Positions 1-14,793 of a stretch of 64,000 nucleotides of DNA are shown here, one piece after another. The notes under the pieces were generated by a model. It was not told the DNA's origin. It did no database searches and saw nothing but the letters and a program-made list of their open reading frames with translations. Origin of the DNA: Marsupella aquatica (Eukaryota; Plantae; Marchantiophyta); assembly GCA_973895155.1 (NCBI GenBank), contig OZ316893.1, positions 19,286,857-19,350,856 of the forward strand, given 5' to 3'. Made by a program: the position numbers and the translations under genes. The stretch's first letter is position 1. Every line of letters starts with the position of its first letter.

Positions 1-992
1 TAGATGCAACATAAAAGGACATGTGGCCAGAGATTGAGAAGTGGATATCAGGAAGCAGAGGCAGAAGTAGTTGAAGCAGCTAATCATGATAAGAATGATT
101 TTCAAGAGCAGGAGCAGAACGCAGTGACTCAAAAGAGAACAAAATGGAGAAAGCTTTGGATACAGTTGAGGCCCTTGGTGAGAGCGAGGACTTGATGCGA
201 ATTGGAGTGGAGGAGGCTATAACACTGGTGGAAGATAGAATTCTCCTGGCTACGGAGTTGTGAGCTGGGGAAACAAAGGGAATAGAAGGGGCGGATGGGG
301 AAACAGTGAGAAACAAGGCAGATGGAGCTCTGCTCCAGGCGGGGAGAGGATGCCAATGTTGGCATAGGCGATACCTATGGATACTGAACAAGGGAATAGA
401 AAAGGATCCAGACAAAGATTCAATATGAGCATGGAAGGGGTTGCGGGGGATTCAGGAGGGTCTATGGAAACAGGAGATAGAGGACAGACAGTGACTAGTA
501 CCCACAAGCTTCCAAGCAAACTGGTTAGAGTGGAAGATCAGTACTCATTCCATGCAGACACGGATATGGAGCTCTCTGAATATGAGGAATACATTTCTCT
601 TAAGCCAGATGAAGTCTAGGGCTCGGAAATAGGAGTTGCAAACCCCAACTGAGCACAGACTAGCGAGAGACAAGTTGGAGGGGAAGAATCAAAGATCTCT
701 TAGTTTCTCATTGGAACTTGGGTTGGATGCTGGGGAGGCGCAACAAGGAGCCACTGGGAATACAGGAGGACCAAAGACTGATCCGAATACGCGAGACAGG
801 CCAGGGGTACTTACTATGAGGGAGGTGGCTAGCACACCTAGTGCATAGGGAAGAAGGGAGACTGAACTAGGACGCACACCACCAGCATTTCTGGGGGCTT
901 CTACTCATGCAGGAGGGCATGGGATGACCCCTGGGAGTCGACCACGAATCTAAATCTATTGGTAGGGGACGTCTTGGGCTGTTGCAAGCTTG

Positions 993-3900
993 ATGGAGGC
1001 AACCCTGAGAGTAGCCTCCTGGAATGTATACAGTGGGCTAGGGGAGCCTAACAGAAAACATGTTGTTAAGAACTAGGTTATGTCATTGAAGGATTAGTTG
1101 AGAGTTTTGGCCCTACAGGAAGTTAAGTCGGATCAATTCCATTTAGATATTGCAATGCGAGTGATCCTTCCATTATATCAACTTTTTTTTTCCGCACCAG
1201 ATGAAGGTAGAGGAGGAGCTGCCTTGCTTCTGCATCCCTCATTTAAGGTGAGGGATACGGGAAGCCTTGAGAGAGGGGGGTTGTATGGGTAAGAATCGAG
1301 CACAACAGTGGAGTGACAAGAATTGCAAGTGCCTATGCCCATAATTGCCCTAGACAGAGGGCGTGACTGTGGCATGACCTCAAAGTGGAGCTGCCGTAGG
1401 CACACTGGATACTATGTGGGGACTTCAATATGACAGAGATTTGACAAGATTCCTCAGGGGGGTCATCTCTTATTAGAGGACGGGAGGATGAGTTTTGGCG
1501 CTTTCTACAGATTAATTTGGATCTAATAAATGTTACAACATGGGAAGTAATATAGTGGGTTCCAGATTTATCTGACGAAGGATGAGAAGGGGAGTGATGA
1601 CACAATCTAGATTGGACCGATTCTACTTGAGCCACAAGGGAGAGTCGCTGGCAAGAGTGGTGGAACTGACACATGACAAGGGAACGACGCTTTCAGATCA
1701 TGACCCGATCATAGGTGTAGTCAACCTGCTGGAGGACAAAGATCCGAAGAGAGGCAAGACCCGGTTGTTCAAGGCAAACCCGGCCCTATTAAGAGACCAG
1801 TGGAACATTGAGTTATTGGAGGAGGCATGGAAGGCGGGAGGAGAGGGCAAGAGCAATATTCATCGCAAGTTTGCAAAAGAGTGGCGACAGATAAGATGGA
1901 AGTACATTGAGATTCAAAACACACCAAGACAGAGGGCGACTGAGATGGAATTCATGAGGGATGAAGTAAGAGCACTCAAGACTACTATTTAAGAGGAACA
2001 CACAAAAGGGGATCTAACTGAATTGATGAACAAAGAGGACCAACTACATGGGGCTAAGATGGAAGCGACACACCAATGTCGCCGGCTGGCTCGAGTAAAA
2101 TGGCTTGGTGAACGGGACAAATCTACCAAGTTTTATTTTGCTATAGTTAAAGCCAAGAGGGAGCAAGAGGCAATGAGGACGTTGGTAACAGAGGAGGGTG
2201 TGACACTGAAAGATTACCAGAAGATACTCACAGAGGTGGAAAAGCAATGCGAGATGATTTACTCCCCTCCTGAAATACCGCTGGCAGAGGTATTACGCAG
2301 CCAGAGTGATCAGAGGAATTTTATGAGGAACACACAGTTTTCCCTTACAAGAGAAGAGATTACAAAGATAGAAGCACTCCCATCTTTAGAGGAAGTGACA
2401 GATATAGTGTGACACCTCTTGGCAGACAAGGCACCCAAAATTGATGGACTAACGGCTGAGATACTCAGGGCATGTTGGGCATTTATGAAGGAAGATATGG
2501 TAAGCATGATACAGGAGTTCTAGCTTACGGGAGAAATTGCAACAAAAATCAAGGACGGGCTGATTAAGTTTATCCCCCCAAAAGCAAACAATCGCAAAAC
2601 TCGGCTACCTTATCACTTAGCTCCGGCGTCGCTGACTCCGACGTCGAGCTCCCTTATGGTCCAGGCCCGGATAGGCCATCTGGGGAGGACTTAGCACAGG
2701 GAGAGTTGTGGGCAACGAGACACGACACCAGCGAGGCAAGGAGCCAAGCTGGGGGCACACATTAGGACTTGGACTAACCAATGGCTGGTCGGGTCAAGGG
2801 GAAATGGGCCGGGCTCAAGGATGGTCGTCCGGACCTCCGGATGGACTTTGAGTTTTGAGGGCTTGAGTGTGAGCTCCTCTTGGGCCCAAGGCCAATGGAG
2901 TCAAAGCCATGGGCAACGGACGCTTGGGGCGCAAGTTGTGGCCCGATCCGGGTTGGGCCGGTCGGGAGCCCCAAGCGGCGATCAGACCTAAGGGCCCTAG
3001 GCATGAGCACTGGGTCGGCCCGGTCACAACGGGCTAAGGCACTCTGCTTGCGGATGCCTATATATCAAGAAAGTTATGGGCGTTGCCAGTTGGTGGCGCG
3101 CCCATTATGCGCGATGCGATCCGGGTTGGGGGCCAAATGATTAGGGACCAAAGCTGGTCCGGGGGTGACAGGTCCCCATAAGCATATATGAGGGGAGTGG
3201 TGTCTCCCTGGGGGCTAAGGGCGAGCCGAAGTCGTGAGCCGCGGAGGTTGCAACACTAAGGGAAACCACCAAATGGAAATGGCAATATCTTTCCAACGGG
3301 AAGTCCGTTGGAGGACTTCTTGGGTTCATTGGAAAGCTCTTGAGGAGGGCGAGCTCAAATGGGTCCAGGGGTGCCATGGGTTCTCGTGGTTTGCGGGTGT
3401 TAGCTCATCCGCTTGCCAAATCCTATCGAACAGCAACCAAGCCGCGTTCAGCCTCCCAAGGGAGCTTGCATTGGGGAGACAAGGCCAAGTAGGTATGGAG
3501 GCTGAGTCCCAAGGGTGCTTGGTCCCTAGACCATCAGTGGGGCAAACCGGGAGCGGTTGCTAGAGTCGGGGCCGTTCTGGTCCCGGCGTGTTGGGGCAAG
3601 CTTGGGACAAGCTTTAGGACGAGCTACGCTATTTGGGCCATGAGCATGTCCTGAGTTCAGGGCGGTTAGTTGGTGATGGATAGGTATGAGGGGGAACCTG
3701 GGCCGCGCCCAAGGAAGGAGCTGTCCTGGAAGGACAGTGGGTGTGGGCTCTGGTTCCGGCTTATGGCATCGGGAGGACCTATCGCTGACCTAATTACCTG
3801 TCCAACGTCTGTTGAGCTTGAGTTAGGATGCTAGACTTGGCGCGCTCTAGATCCGGAGGGGTTACTTACCGAGATGTTTGGTTGCTTGTGCAGACAGTGA

Positions 3901-6385
3901 GGACCGTTGAGTAGCGGTCGTGTAGGTGAGCAAGTGCGGCTTCGTATAGGAGGGGCCGCAGGTGATGCTAGAGGCACTTGGATGCTTGCTCGAGGTATTC
4001 CGTGGAGGAGTTTGAGCACCAAGGGCACTTAGGCGCAAGTGCTGGGATTGGTGAGGGCGCTGGGTGGTTAGGTCCACCACTCAAACAAACGATACCTAAA
4101 GGATTGGCGGCCACTTACAATGCTAAATACAATATATAAAGTGATGGCAAAACTGGTAGCCCTCAGGATTAAGCACATTATGCAAAAAATAATAAGCCCT
4201 CAACAAATTGGATTTATACCCAACAGACATATTCTGGAAAATATATCGCTGGCATGGTTAACTAGTGATTGGGTACAGAATTGCAGAAAGCCTTCGTTGT
4301 TTCTTAAGTTAGATTTTGAGAAAGCATTTGATAGAGTAAACCATGAGTATCTATGGGAATGTATGCAACTGTTAGGATTTAGCAATAGGATGATCAAGCT
4401 GGTGAAGGCACTGCTCTCATAGGCGGCCTCTTGTGTACTTGTTAATGGATTTCTGAGCAAGTCCATCCTTCTTTGCAGAGGGGTTAGGCAAGGGTGCCCC
4501 CTTTCACCTTTGCTTTTTGTGATCTCAACCCAGCCCCTAATGGACTTCTTAGATGCAGAAATGGTGGGTGGGAGATTAAGAGGTATTAGCGTAACAGACG
4601 CTTTCACCATTTCTTATAGACTTTTTGCAGATGATGTGGGGATGTTCATTCTTGCCTCAAAGGAGGCTTTCAAAGAGGTGACGGTAGCATTGGCATGCTA
4701 TGAGAGTGCGGTAGGAGCTAGACTGAACCTGAAGAAATCAGTTATTGTGCAGTATGCATTAGAAAGCATCCCAGACTGGCTAACGGGATGCAAGATCAGT
4801 GACAAAGGGGAAATAAAGAAATACCTAGGTGCACCTTTTGGCATTAGCTTTATCTTAGAACAACTACATCAATTTTGCTTGGATAAGATAACTGCTAGAC
4901 TGTCCTCTTGGTCTTCCAAGCTTCTATCATTCATTGGTCGGATGCTGCTGGTTAAACATGTGCTGATGGCGATTCCAATCTACTATCTTATGTACATGAG
5001 AGCATCGGTCGGTCTGTCCAAGAAAATTATAGCATTAGGCAGGGATTTTCTTTGGGGCTCCAACCCGGCCAGGGGTAGGAAGATACCTCTGGTGGCATGG
5101 ATGAAGATGTCCAGGCCTAAAGTAGATGGTGGCATAGGACTGCAGGACTTTAGATGTCACTCAGATTCACTTCTAACACAATGGTTCTTAAAGGCGTTGG
5201 ACTCCCCCCACACAGAGTGGGCTTGGCTTCTAGAGGCCAATCTTAAGCTCATTGGCTGGCAGAATTTCAAGGTGATACAAAGGAATGGTTACTCCTTTGT
5301 AGATAAGCTACTGTTATGTACACCAAGGGTGAGTTGTGGACTTACTTACACATGGGGGATATGGAAAGCTTGGGAGGGACTGAGAGCTCATCTCTGGTTC
5401 ATCTCGGGTGTTGAGGGATTTCCTGGCAGATGGAGCATGCAAGACACCATTTGATGCTCACAGGGCTCTCACACATGGTCTAACACAAACATTGCACTCA
5501 CAACCAAGATTACAGGTAGACTAGGAATAAGAGTGGTGGCAGACTGCCGGGAAGGATTTTTCCGCTAAATGGTGCATGCTGCGAGGTTTTGAACAGGTGC
5601 ATTGGGTCAGGAGTTAGTTGCTTATATAGCGTATCATGATGGGAAGTGGTTGTCTCCGGATGCTAGTGCCTAGTGTTGGAAGCTGGTGTTGGGGGAACAG
5701 GATACACGAACTAGTCGGTTCAAAACCCCTAACTACCGGGTATACCAATTACTTAGAAAGTAACCAAAAGGGTCAGACTTCGTAAGATGGAACAGGATTT
5801 GGAACTGCACTAGAACAGAACTGGAATGGAGTCAAGGATGACAAGAATTATGGTGCTCGAACTTGTCTGCCAGGGCTAAGACGTTCTTGTGGAGAATCCT
5901 TGTGGGAGGGTTATTCACCAAATCTAGGGGTCTCACCATTGGTGCATGCGATGGATTCTGTCTACTATGCCCAGATGAGATGGAGAGTATCCCTCACCTA
6001 TTTGTTGGTTGTGTGCATGTGAGGGCGTGTTGGGCATTATGTTGTGAGTGCTCTAGGGGCTTTGTTTGCTCCTGGACAGGGGTTGCTGGAGAGAATGGCT
6101 GCCTCAAGAGGCTGGGTGCACATGTAGACTATGCGGTTCTTTGTGTTATATCAGATATTATGGATGCTATGGCTTGAGAGGAATGAACGGGTTTTCCATG
6201 TGGAAGGTAGACAACGCTTTGACATAAGGTTAATGCTATCGGAAGTTGCTGGTCACCTGCAGGGTGTGTGCCTGCACTTCCCACCAGGACAAAAGCAATC
6301 TTGTCTGTCAAGGGCTAGGGAAGAGGTGGAATTGGAGAGTAGGTGCTGGTTGAGAAGAAGTGGAGGGCACTTGGTATCTGGCTGA
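993..6385 (+). pseudogene. LINE ORF2 (APE endonuclease - reverse transcriptase - zf-RVT), disrupted
   Basis: ORF-track fragments 1098-1292, 1582-1992, 2023-2412, 4120-4422, 4510-5454, 5863-6177, 6131-6385 fall in the expected domain order; the coding sequence resumes (RYLKDWRPLTMLN) right after the LTR insertion. Confidence 0.9.
2590..4081 (+). mobile_element. Solo LTR (1492 bp) of the Ty3/gypsy family at 30712-39648
   Basis: Colinear and highly similar along its length to LTRs 30712-32190 and 38170-39648; starts AATCGCAAAACTCG (AGTCGCGGAACTCG in the full element) and ends GGTCCACCACT; perfect 5-bp TSD CAAAC (2585-2589, 4082-4086). Confidence 0.95.
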
Positions 6386-6999
6386 ATAAGTAGTAGGGAC
6401 TCCGGAGGGATGAAGTGCTGCTCATGTCGGGCTACTTAATTGTGGGGCCTGGGATCTTGTTGTAGGAGTGACTGTTGTACTGGTAGGTAGTGCTTTGCTT
6501 GGCGGCCGTGACTGCTGATTTCTATCATTTTGGGCCTGGTCAGCTGGCCCTTCCCTCTGCCTTTTAGGATGTGCTTATGTGACTTGCTTTGGGCCACAGA
6601 CCCTGGTGCTTGAGGTTGGTTGGGGTTCTGAGTGGATGCTTTTCCTATGAGGTTTCTCGTTGGTCTTGTGTGCTTCCCCCCCCCCCCCCCCGCCGCGGGG
6701 TTTTCGCGGCTTAAACAAAACTTATAAAAAAATTCCAAGAAAAATAAATCCCCGATGTTCAAAGCCAAAAACTCCTAGACATTAGTAGGCCAGGAAGGTG
6801 TAGAGAGAGTGTGGCTAATTAAACCAAATAGTCCAAACTAATTGTGAAAAGAGTGAGCAGAGTGATGCACACTCATTGAAGATTAAATTAACAACTGTCA
6901 TTTGCTAGATTCACTTATTCTTCTTCTTCATTTTGGGATAATTAACATAAGAATTTGACTATGTTGCATAGTGGAAGTTTGATTGTTTTCTCAATTTTG

Positions 7000-7400
7000 A
7001 TAGTTCTTCTTCTTCCTCCTCAGATCGCTCCAGTGACTCAATGGAACCCTCCTCCAAATCAGTCATGTGAGAATTCAAGAAAAAATGATACTTTTCTCAA
7101 CTTCTCAAAAAACTCAAAACTTATCACTGTTGCGTAACTTATAGGTCCGATGAAAAACTTATTCACCTTTTGGTCAGGGTGGATAAAACCTTGGAAAACT
7201 CTCCCATTTTGATCACCTTGGGGAATAGCCAAACAACAAAGTAACACCTGTTATCAAAAATGCAATTTGATTGGTGCACTGCATCGCTAACTCCAGTGGC
7301 TACCACCTTGCCAAAGACGAACGACAAAAGTTAACGTTTCCCAGGTGAGATCTTTGACAGAAGGTGAGAAAAGAGCTCTTTGTTTTACACCCTAACACCA
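7000..7400 (-). mobile_element. Degenerate fragment of the Ty1/copia 5' leader/gag start (related to 54950-55330)
   Basis: 7185-7340 (AAACCTTGGAAAACTCTCCCATTTTGATCACC...GCTAACTCCAGTGGC) aligns by eye to 55130-55290 (AAACCTTGGGAAACTCCCCGTTTTGACCACC...GCTAACTCCAGTGGC); 7060-7135 aligns to 54960-55040. Boundaries approximate. Confidence 0.7.
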
Positions 7401-8130
7401 ATGGCTGTTATCAGAGTCACCAATTTTACGATCAGATGGTCTGGGTCTCCCTCAATGTGAGGTTGACCATCCTGAGGAGGACTGGAGCAAAGGTTACGCA
7501 CATGTACAGGCTTGCAGTAGATGGGGGCCATGTGTAGGTGAGGGGGGACAGACCCACCCAACCCACCCCATGGTTAGTTGACCCAAGGGTGGTCAGTGTC
7601 ATGGTGAGGGAGACCCAGGCAGTTTGATCAGGAAACTGGGTGATAGCCCCTGGATGTGAAGGAGCTAGTATAGATTAGTTTTCTTAATACACACAAAAAA
7701 GAGTGAGATTGTGATAAACAGAAAAAATTCAATAGCAAGGTATCTATTAGGACAAAAGAGAGTGTCAACCTAATACATCCCGAGGGTGAAATACAAAGAG
7801 AAAACTACAAGAGAGGTCTACGGAACCCCAAGCCTGAAAAGGTTTCTAAACTCAAAAAGCTCTACTACTGGAGGATAAACCGTAAGAGAGTCACGAAGTC
7901 GAAGTGAGGGCTGTTGAGATTCTCTACTCGAGTCCTCTAGATCATCTCCCGATCTGAATCCTGTGGTCTTGTAATTTGGTTTGCCTTCCAAGTTTGACAA
8001 GGATTTCTCGAGGCTGCTCCCGCTCAGGAATTTATTCGTCGTCCATTCAACTCAATTCCGGGAAACTCTCGAATTTGCCTTTCGGCGTTGCTGGTCAGGA
8101 TATTTCTCTCTCCTCCATTTCTGAGACTGA

Positions 8131-8410
8131 GTGAGTCCCGTCAGTTCAGTATGAGCAGCAGCGGAGGCGACAACAAGCTGGGTGAATACTGGAAAAGTCA
8201 TCGCTCCTCCCCTGTGTCACGTTTGGTGAATCCCGAGCTGCATGCGAAGCCCAACAAGCTCGTAGCAGCGTTGGGGACCTTTACGTTTCTGCTCATTGCT
8301 GGTAACCTTGCGTGGACAAAGTACTCTCACGAGAAGAAGTTGGCCAAATCCAAAATCCCGCCCCAACGCCTGGAGAATATCATCGGAGACGATGACTAAC
8401 ATACCTGCAG
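8131..8410 (+). other. Predicted 5'-UTR intron of ABP1 containing the entire SMIM8-like ORF
   Basis: Donor GA|GTGAGT at 8131; branch-point-like GACTAAC at 8394-8400; acceptor CCTGCAG| at 8410 (alternative GTGTTAG| at 8421). Prediction only. Confidence 0.5.
8151..8399 (+). CDS. SMIM8: Small integral membrane protein 8-like (DUF4500), 82 aa, single exon
   Basis: RLVNPELHAKPNKLVAALG followed by one hydrophobic helix (TFTFLLIAGNLAW) and a basic tail; matches the SMIM8 signature recalled as RAVNPELFIKPNKPVMAFG plus TM; intact ATG...TAA. Confidence 0.8.
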   Translation: MSSSGGDNKLGEYWKSHRSSPVSRLVNPELHAKPNKLVAALGTFTFLLIAGNLAWTKYSHEKKLAKSKIPPQRLENIIGDDD

Positions 8411-8450
8411 TACCGTGTTAGCGAGGATTGAGGGCTTAGCACGCCGGGAG

Positions 8451-10255
<1,805 letters not shown>

Positions 10256-11490
10256 AATGTCGGGAGATCAGGAGTTCAAATGATCTGCTGTAAAGTGAGC
10301 TCTTTCTGCATATTCATATTCATATCGATGTGATGGACGGAATAATTTTTGATTCAGATATTTCTTATGTCTGAGGTGCAGTATCAGTAAGATGTTCTTG
10401 GTGGGAAACTGAATCCGGTAGACACTAGGAAGAGATCTACTTCAGATTCCTTGCGAGAGGCAATAATAATAGTAAATGTAAATATAAGCACACACCACAA
10501 CAATTTTTCTTTTTTTTCTATCTCTGGTCACATGCCCCTGAACTTTAATTCCCCTGAGTTGGCCGGGATTGGATAGTAATAGAGGGTCTGATGCTTGTCG
10601 GGCATTTTCAATCGAAGGAATGGATGCACACAGGATTCTCAAGGGACTCTTAAAACTTATGGAAGAAGTGCTGAGACATCTCCAAAAGGATTGTAAAATG
10701 AGTCAGTAGACATATCCATAATTGACATTGGGGACAAATCTGTTCGTCTAACACGTCGCAAGTCCACATCTCACTTGTTCCCTTAGGCTCGTCGACGGTT
10801 CAATTTGGTGTGCTCTGGAGAGTGCAGAAAGTGTGTAAACTATGGGATCTTTGAATTTTCTATCAAAGGGCCCACTTCAAGTTTAAGCTTAATAAAGGGG
10901 TGAATAGAAACTATAACAATCTAAACTAATTATTATCGTTAATGAATTATTGCACGATTGAGCCTTCGGAATCTCTGTACTTTTTACATCTGCCTTTGCA
11001 TAAGAGTAGATGCTTTAGAAAATGGGGAATCTCTCCAAGTCAATAAGGCCAGTCTGTAGAATTCAATCTTCTCATCAATTCTCTTATTGCCTACAGATGA
11101 TTGTACACTTTTGTGGCAAATTCAAAAGTTATTTTCACACAAAGACCAATCTGTTTTAGGATCCGAATTGGGAAATGCATTTTAACTTGGATGACATTTG
11201 AGTATCGATATAGAGCACAACGATTTACCTACTCAAAAAATATATTGGGATTTGAAATATTGGATGGAGATCACATCTAAGTATATGTCTCCTGGCTAGT
11301 TAGTTCCACTAGCTTGATTACCCGTTCCTTGAACTAAAATAAAATTGAAAACAAAATAAAATTGAAGAAAAGAAAGAGATCTATACTCTTTTTTGCCATC
11401 TTTGCATATCTGTTTTTTTTTGCACCTTTTATACATTTTGTCCTTATTTTAGTGATGGTCTAGAGTATGCGTCTAGACTCAAGTGGCTTC

Positions 11491-11600
11491 TGTTTGCTAT
11501 TATATAGTAGATTAAAGATTTATCAGTGTTGTCCACAAAGTAGCTTGTGTTTGCTATTATATAGTAAGATTAAAGATTTATCAATGTTGTCCACAAAGTA
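11491..11600. repeat. Two-copy tandem repeat, 57-bp period
   Basis: TGTTTGCTATTATATAGT(A)AGATTAAAGATTTATCA(G/A)TGTTGTCCACAAAGTA at 11491 and 11548. Confidence 0.85.
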
Positions 11601-13507
11601 CGTGAGGAGGCCAAATATGGGTCAACCATTCTTTGGTTCAATGATAGTGCCAGTTTGGGATGTCCAGCCTAAGCAAAGGATTTTGCACTAGAAAAATGAC
11701 TCTAAATAGTCTTGTGCCAGTTTTGCCTCCCTGCCCTGCCGCACTGGAGCACTTGGCATGTTTCCTCTACCCGAGAAAGTGGTTGGTTGAGTTTGTTGTC
11801 ACTTCCAATATCATCTTGTTACTTTAGAAATTTGGCTTGAGCCTTTTCAGACCATCCTTGCCATTTACACTCTTTAAACTTCTCACACAATCTTTGTCCC
11901 AAGTTTAGCATATAGTAGCCTGAATGCTTGAGCTTTGCTCATAAATAAAGGATACCCATTTCCAATTCCACTCCCAATTGTAGCTGTGCCCCAGGGTCCT
12001 GGTCTAGAGGTTTTGACCTTAGCCCATCATCCTCACTTTAATTTTGCTTTCTTAGATAGATACCTATGCACCATATATTCAAATCAAATTCAAGTGCCTT
12101 TTTCTTTGCACTTACTACCATTATTTATTAATGTATAGTAGATTAATACAAATTTCTACATTTGCTTGATATTGTTTTTATGACAGGGATCAATAGTGTT
12201 CACCTAAAATATAGATAGACAATCACACTGACATTAATTATATTCACAAATAATGTAAAATGGAAATCAATATACAAAAGGCTTGTCAATCTGATACACA
12301 TTTCGATATACCAACAATCTGGATATCACATGGATATACAATTTACGTTTCGTGATGACCACAAAGATCCAATCACTTCTTTGGGGCTCTACACCGTATG
12401 TTTGAGTGTGTCTTGTGAGTACGCACTGTCTTTTGTATAGAGAAATGACCATATCCCTCCACTTTGTCCTCACTGCTTTCTTAGGCAGTGGGTGATATGA
12501 CACTAGAGAGGGCTTAGGCATTCACGTTTCTTAGGAGGGCCCAGGATGTTAGTTGTAGGGCCTATAGACAATTTCCTTTTCATGATCCTGGCATGCAGTT
12601 TACTCTGGAGTTTTACTTTTCAGTGTACACCTCAGTAGGGCTTTAGGGGGAGTTTATAGAAGAGCTCAACGACAACACTTTATTATTTTTCTTTCGAGGG
12701 TTTCACTTTTACAGAATTAGCACATCATGTGCAAGGCAGAGTATGGTCATTTGATTGTTTCTAAGAAAAGACTTAGAATTTTTGTGGAAAAACATGTAGG
12801 TCTTTTAAATCCAATTTTGAGATCTGTAAGAACATTAAGGTTTTAAAAATCATTTATGAGTACATTCCAAAGTTATTTCAACTTTACGGGGTTAGTTGAA
12901 ATAACTTTCCCCTCGATGTGGTCTAGAAGAAATGACCAAGCTGCCATTTCTATTCAGGGTCTTTGCATTTATTATGTCCAGACCTGACACATTGGGCTCA
13001 GGCATTTTAACCCTAGTGTGTGCATCTGGCCTTTAGCTTTGCTTTGGATGGATATACACTGAATGACCCCTTATGAAAGACTCTCGGGCTTTTGAGCTCT
13101 TTGGTACACCAAGGTCTTTCCCTTGGTTTCTCACCTTTATTGGGTAAAGGTCTCCTGCCTCTGGGATCGGCACTTCTTGTTTGACCCTTGTGAAACTTTT
13201 GGCAGTGTTATATACTTTGGACATTCTCATAGGTCCAAAGTATATGATACTTCCAAAGTATACGATACTGCCATATACTTTGGACACTTGATCCTTTCCC
13301 TGGACCCATGGACACTTGATATTGACTTAGTGCCCTTTGTGATTTTTCCCTTTGTATTTTCAGGGCATTCTGGGAGCATAACGCCCTGGTCAAGATCTGT
13401 ATCCCCTCTTTAGGAAGATTCACCTCTACTCTTATTAGAGTTGGGAAAAATAAAAATCTAGCGAGCACTTAGTAAGGTCCTTCTAAAAGCAAAACATTAT
13501 GGGCAAT

Positions 13508-14072
13508 AATAACTTTTATGGCTTTTTGGGGGCATCATATCCTACAATGCCCCTCTAAGCAGGACTTTACCTGTATATTGACTTCAAACGAGTGGGGTCC
13601 CCATTCTTCTACACTGCTACGTCATCAATTGCACTCCATCTGAAACTCATCCTGTGATAATAGGGTGTGTCAAAGCACAACTGTAACTCAATTACGGCTT
13701 AGAACATAAAATGCTGTTACGACCAGGACAAAATCATTATGGGCTACCAAAATACTACCCTATAAGGGTGATACATCCAAAAAATAAAAGCTGTAACACT
13801 TAGTGGAGAATTTGACACTCCCTAATAACCCTATGGCTTTTTGGGGCCATCATATCCCAGAATGCCCCTCTAAACAGGACTTTACGTGCATATTTACTTG
13901 GATGGAGAGCTTTGACACTCCCTAATAACCCTATGGCGTTTTGGGGCTATCATATCCCAAAATGCCCCTCTAAACAGGACTTTACGTGTATATTTACTTC
14001 GAACGAGTGGGGTCCCCATTCTTTTGCACTGCTACGTCACCAATTGCACTCTATCTGAAACTCGTCATGTGA
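13508..14072. repeat. Triplicated ~100-150-bp module upstream of CTNNBL1
   Basis: AATAAC..TATGGC.TTTTGGGG..ATCATATCC..AATGCCCCTCTAA.CAGGACTTTAC in copies at ~13508, 13811 and 13911 (last two have a 100-bp period); copies 1 and 3 continue with GAGTGGGGTCCCCATTCTT...GCTACGTCA.CAATTGCACT..ATCTGAAACTC. Confidence 0.85.
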
Positions 14073-14770
14073 TCTCTCTTGTTGTGCGGCCTTTCAAAAA
14101 TTCTCTGGAGTTTACCTGCCCACTTTCTTGAACATTCTGTCTGCCGCACAGTGGTGTTGATGCTCACCTGCCGTTCCATCATTTGTCACACTTTGCTTCC
14201 CTCGGAGTCAAGCTCTCTAGATCTTTCTCCGAACTCTCCCTTCCTCTCCCCCCAAATCCGAAATCCACTCTTTTTCTCATTCTGTTTCGCAGCCTCTATC
14301 GTTGTACGCCAGAGGCTGTCCGTCTTCAAAGCTCTTGCAGGGTTTTGTACTCTTGTTCAATTTGTCCAGACGCTTTTCTCAGAGAGGGTGCTGCCTCTGC
14401 CACTGCCACTGCCTCTCCATTAGTGGTTGGAGTCCCAAACACTGCGTTCAGACCTACGAGGAGCTCACAGCATTCTACGTCAATTGCCACCATTGCTGCG
14501 CCACTGCTCAGCGACCGAGTCTTTATCGAACAACTGTGTGTTACTGCTCTATATTCTAGTTGGATACTCCTGAGATTTGTTACTTGGGTCCATAGTCTTG
14601 ATTCTGTTGTATGGAAACCCTATTTTGGCTCTTTGGTGGAATCAGTATGTTTTGGGGAGAGCTCAAGTCATCAGGGTACCATCATCATATCCGACACTCT
14701 CCCGAGTAATACCGCGCTGGTTCTTGCGTTTGATCGTTCTCATTGTTTGGACTTTCAATTCACCTATGAG

Positions 14771-14786
14771 TTAGGGTTAAGGGTTT
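14771..14786 (+). promoter_or_regulatory. Telo-box-like motif just upstream of the CTNNBL1 ATG
   Basis: TTAGGGTTAAGGGTTT 8-23 nt before the ATG; telo-boxes (AAACCCTA) are common near the starts of plant gene-expression-machinery genes. Imperfect match. Confidence 0.3.
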
Positions 14787-14793
14787 ATCCGAA

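Larger units (their letters stand above)
1..6745 (+). mobile_element. Decayed L1-type LINE retrotransposon (ORF1 tail, ORF2, 3' UTR), 5' end outside window, interrupted by a solo LTR at 2590-4081
   Basis: Endonuclease motifs SWNV (ATG 993), LQEVK, GDFN, SRLDRFY, SDHDP; RT motifs WRPLTMLN, LKLDFEKAFDRV, GVRQGCPLSP, LFADD; zf-RVT-like CLLC..E...HLF..C at ~5960-6010; many stops and frameshifts; 3' end is a C-run then an A-rich tract (~6676-6745, boundary approximate). Confidence 0.93.
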
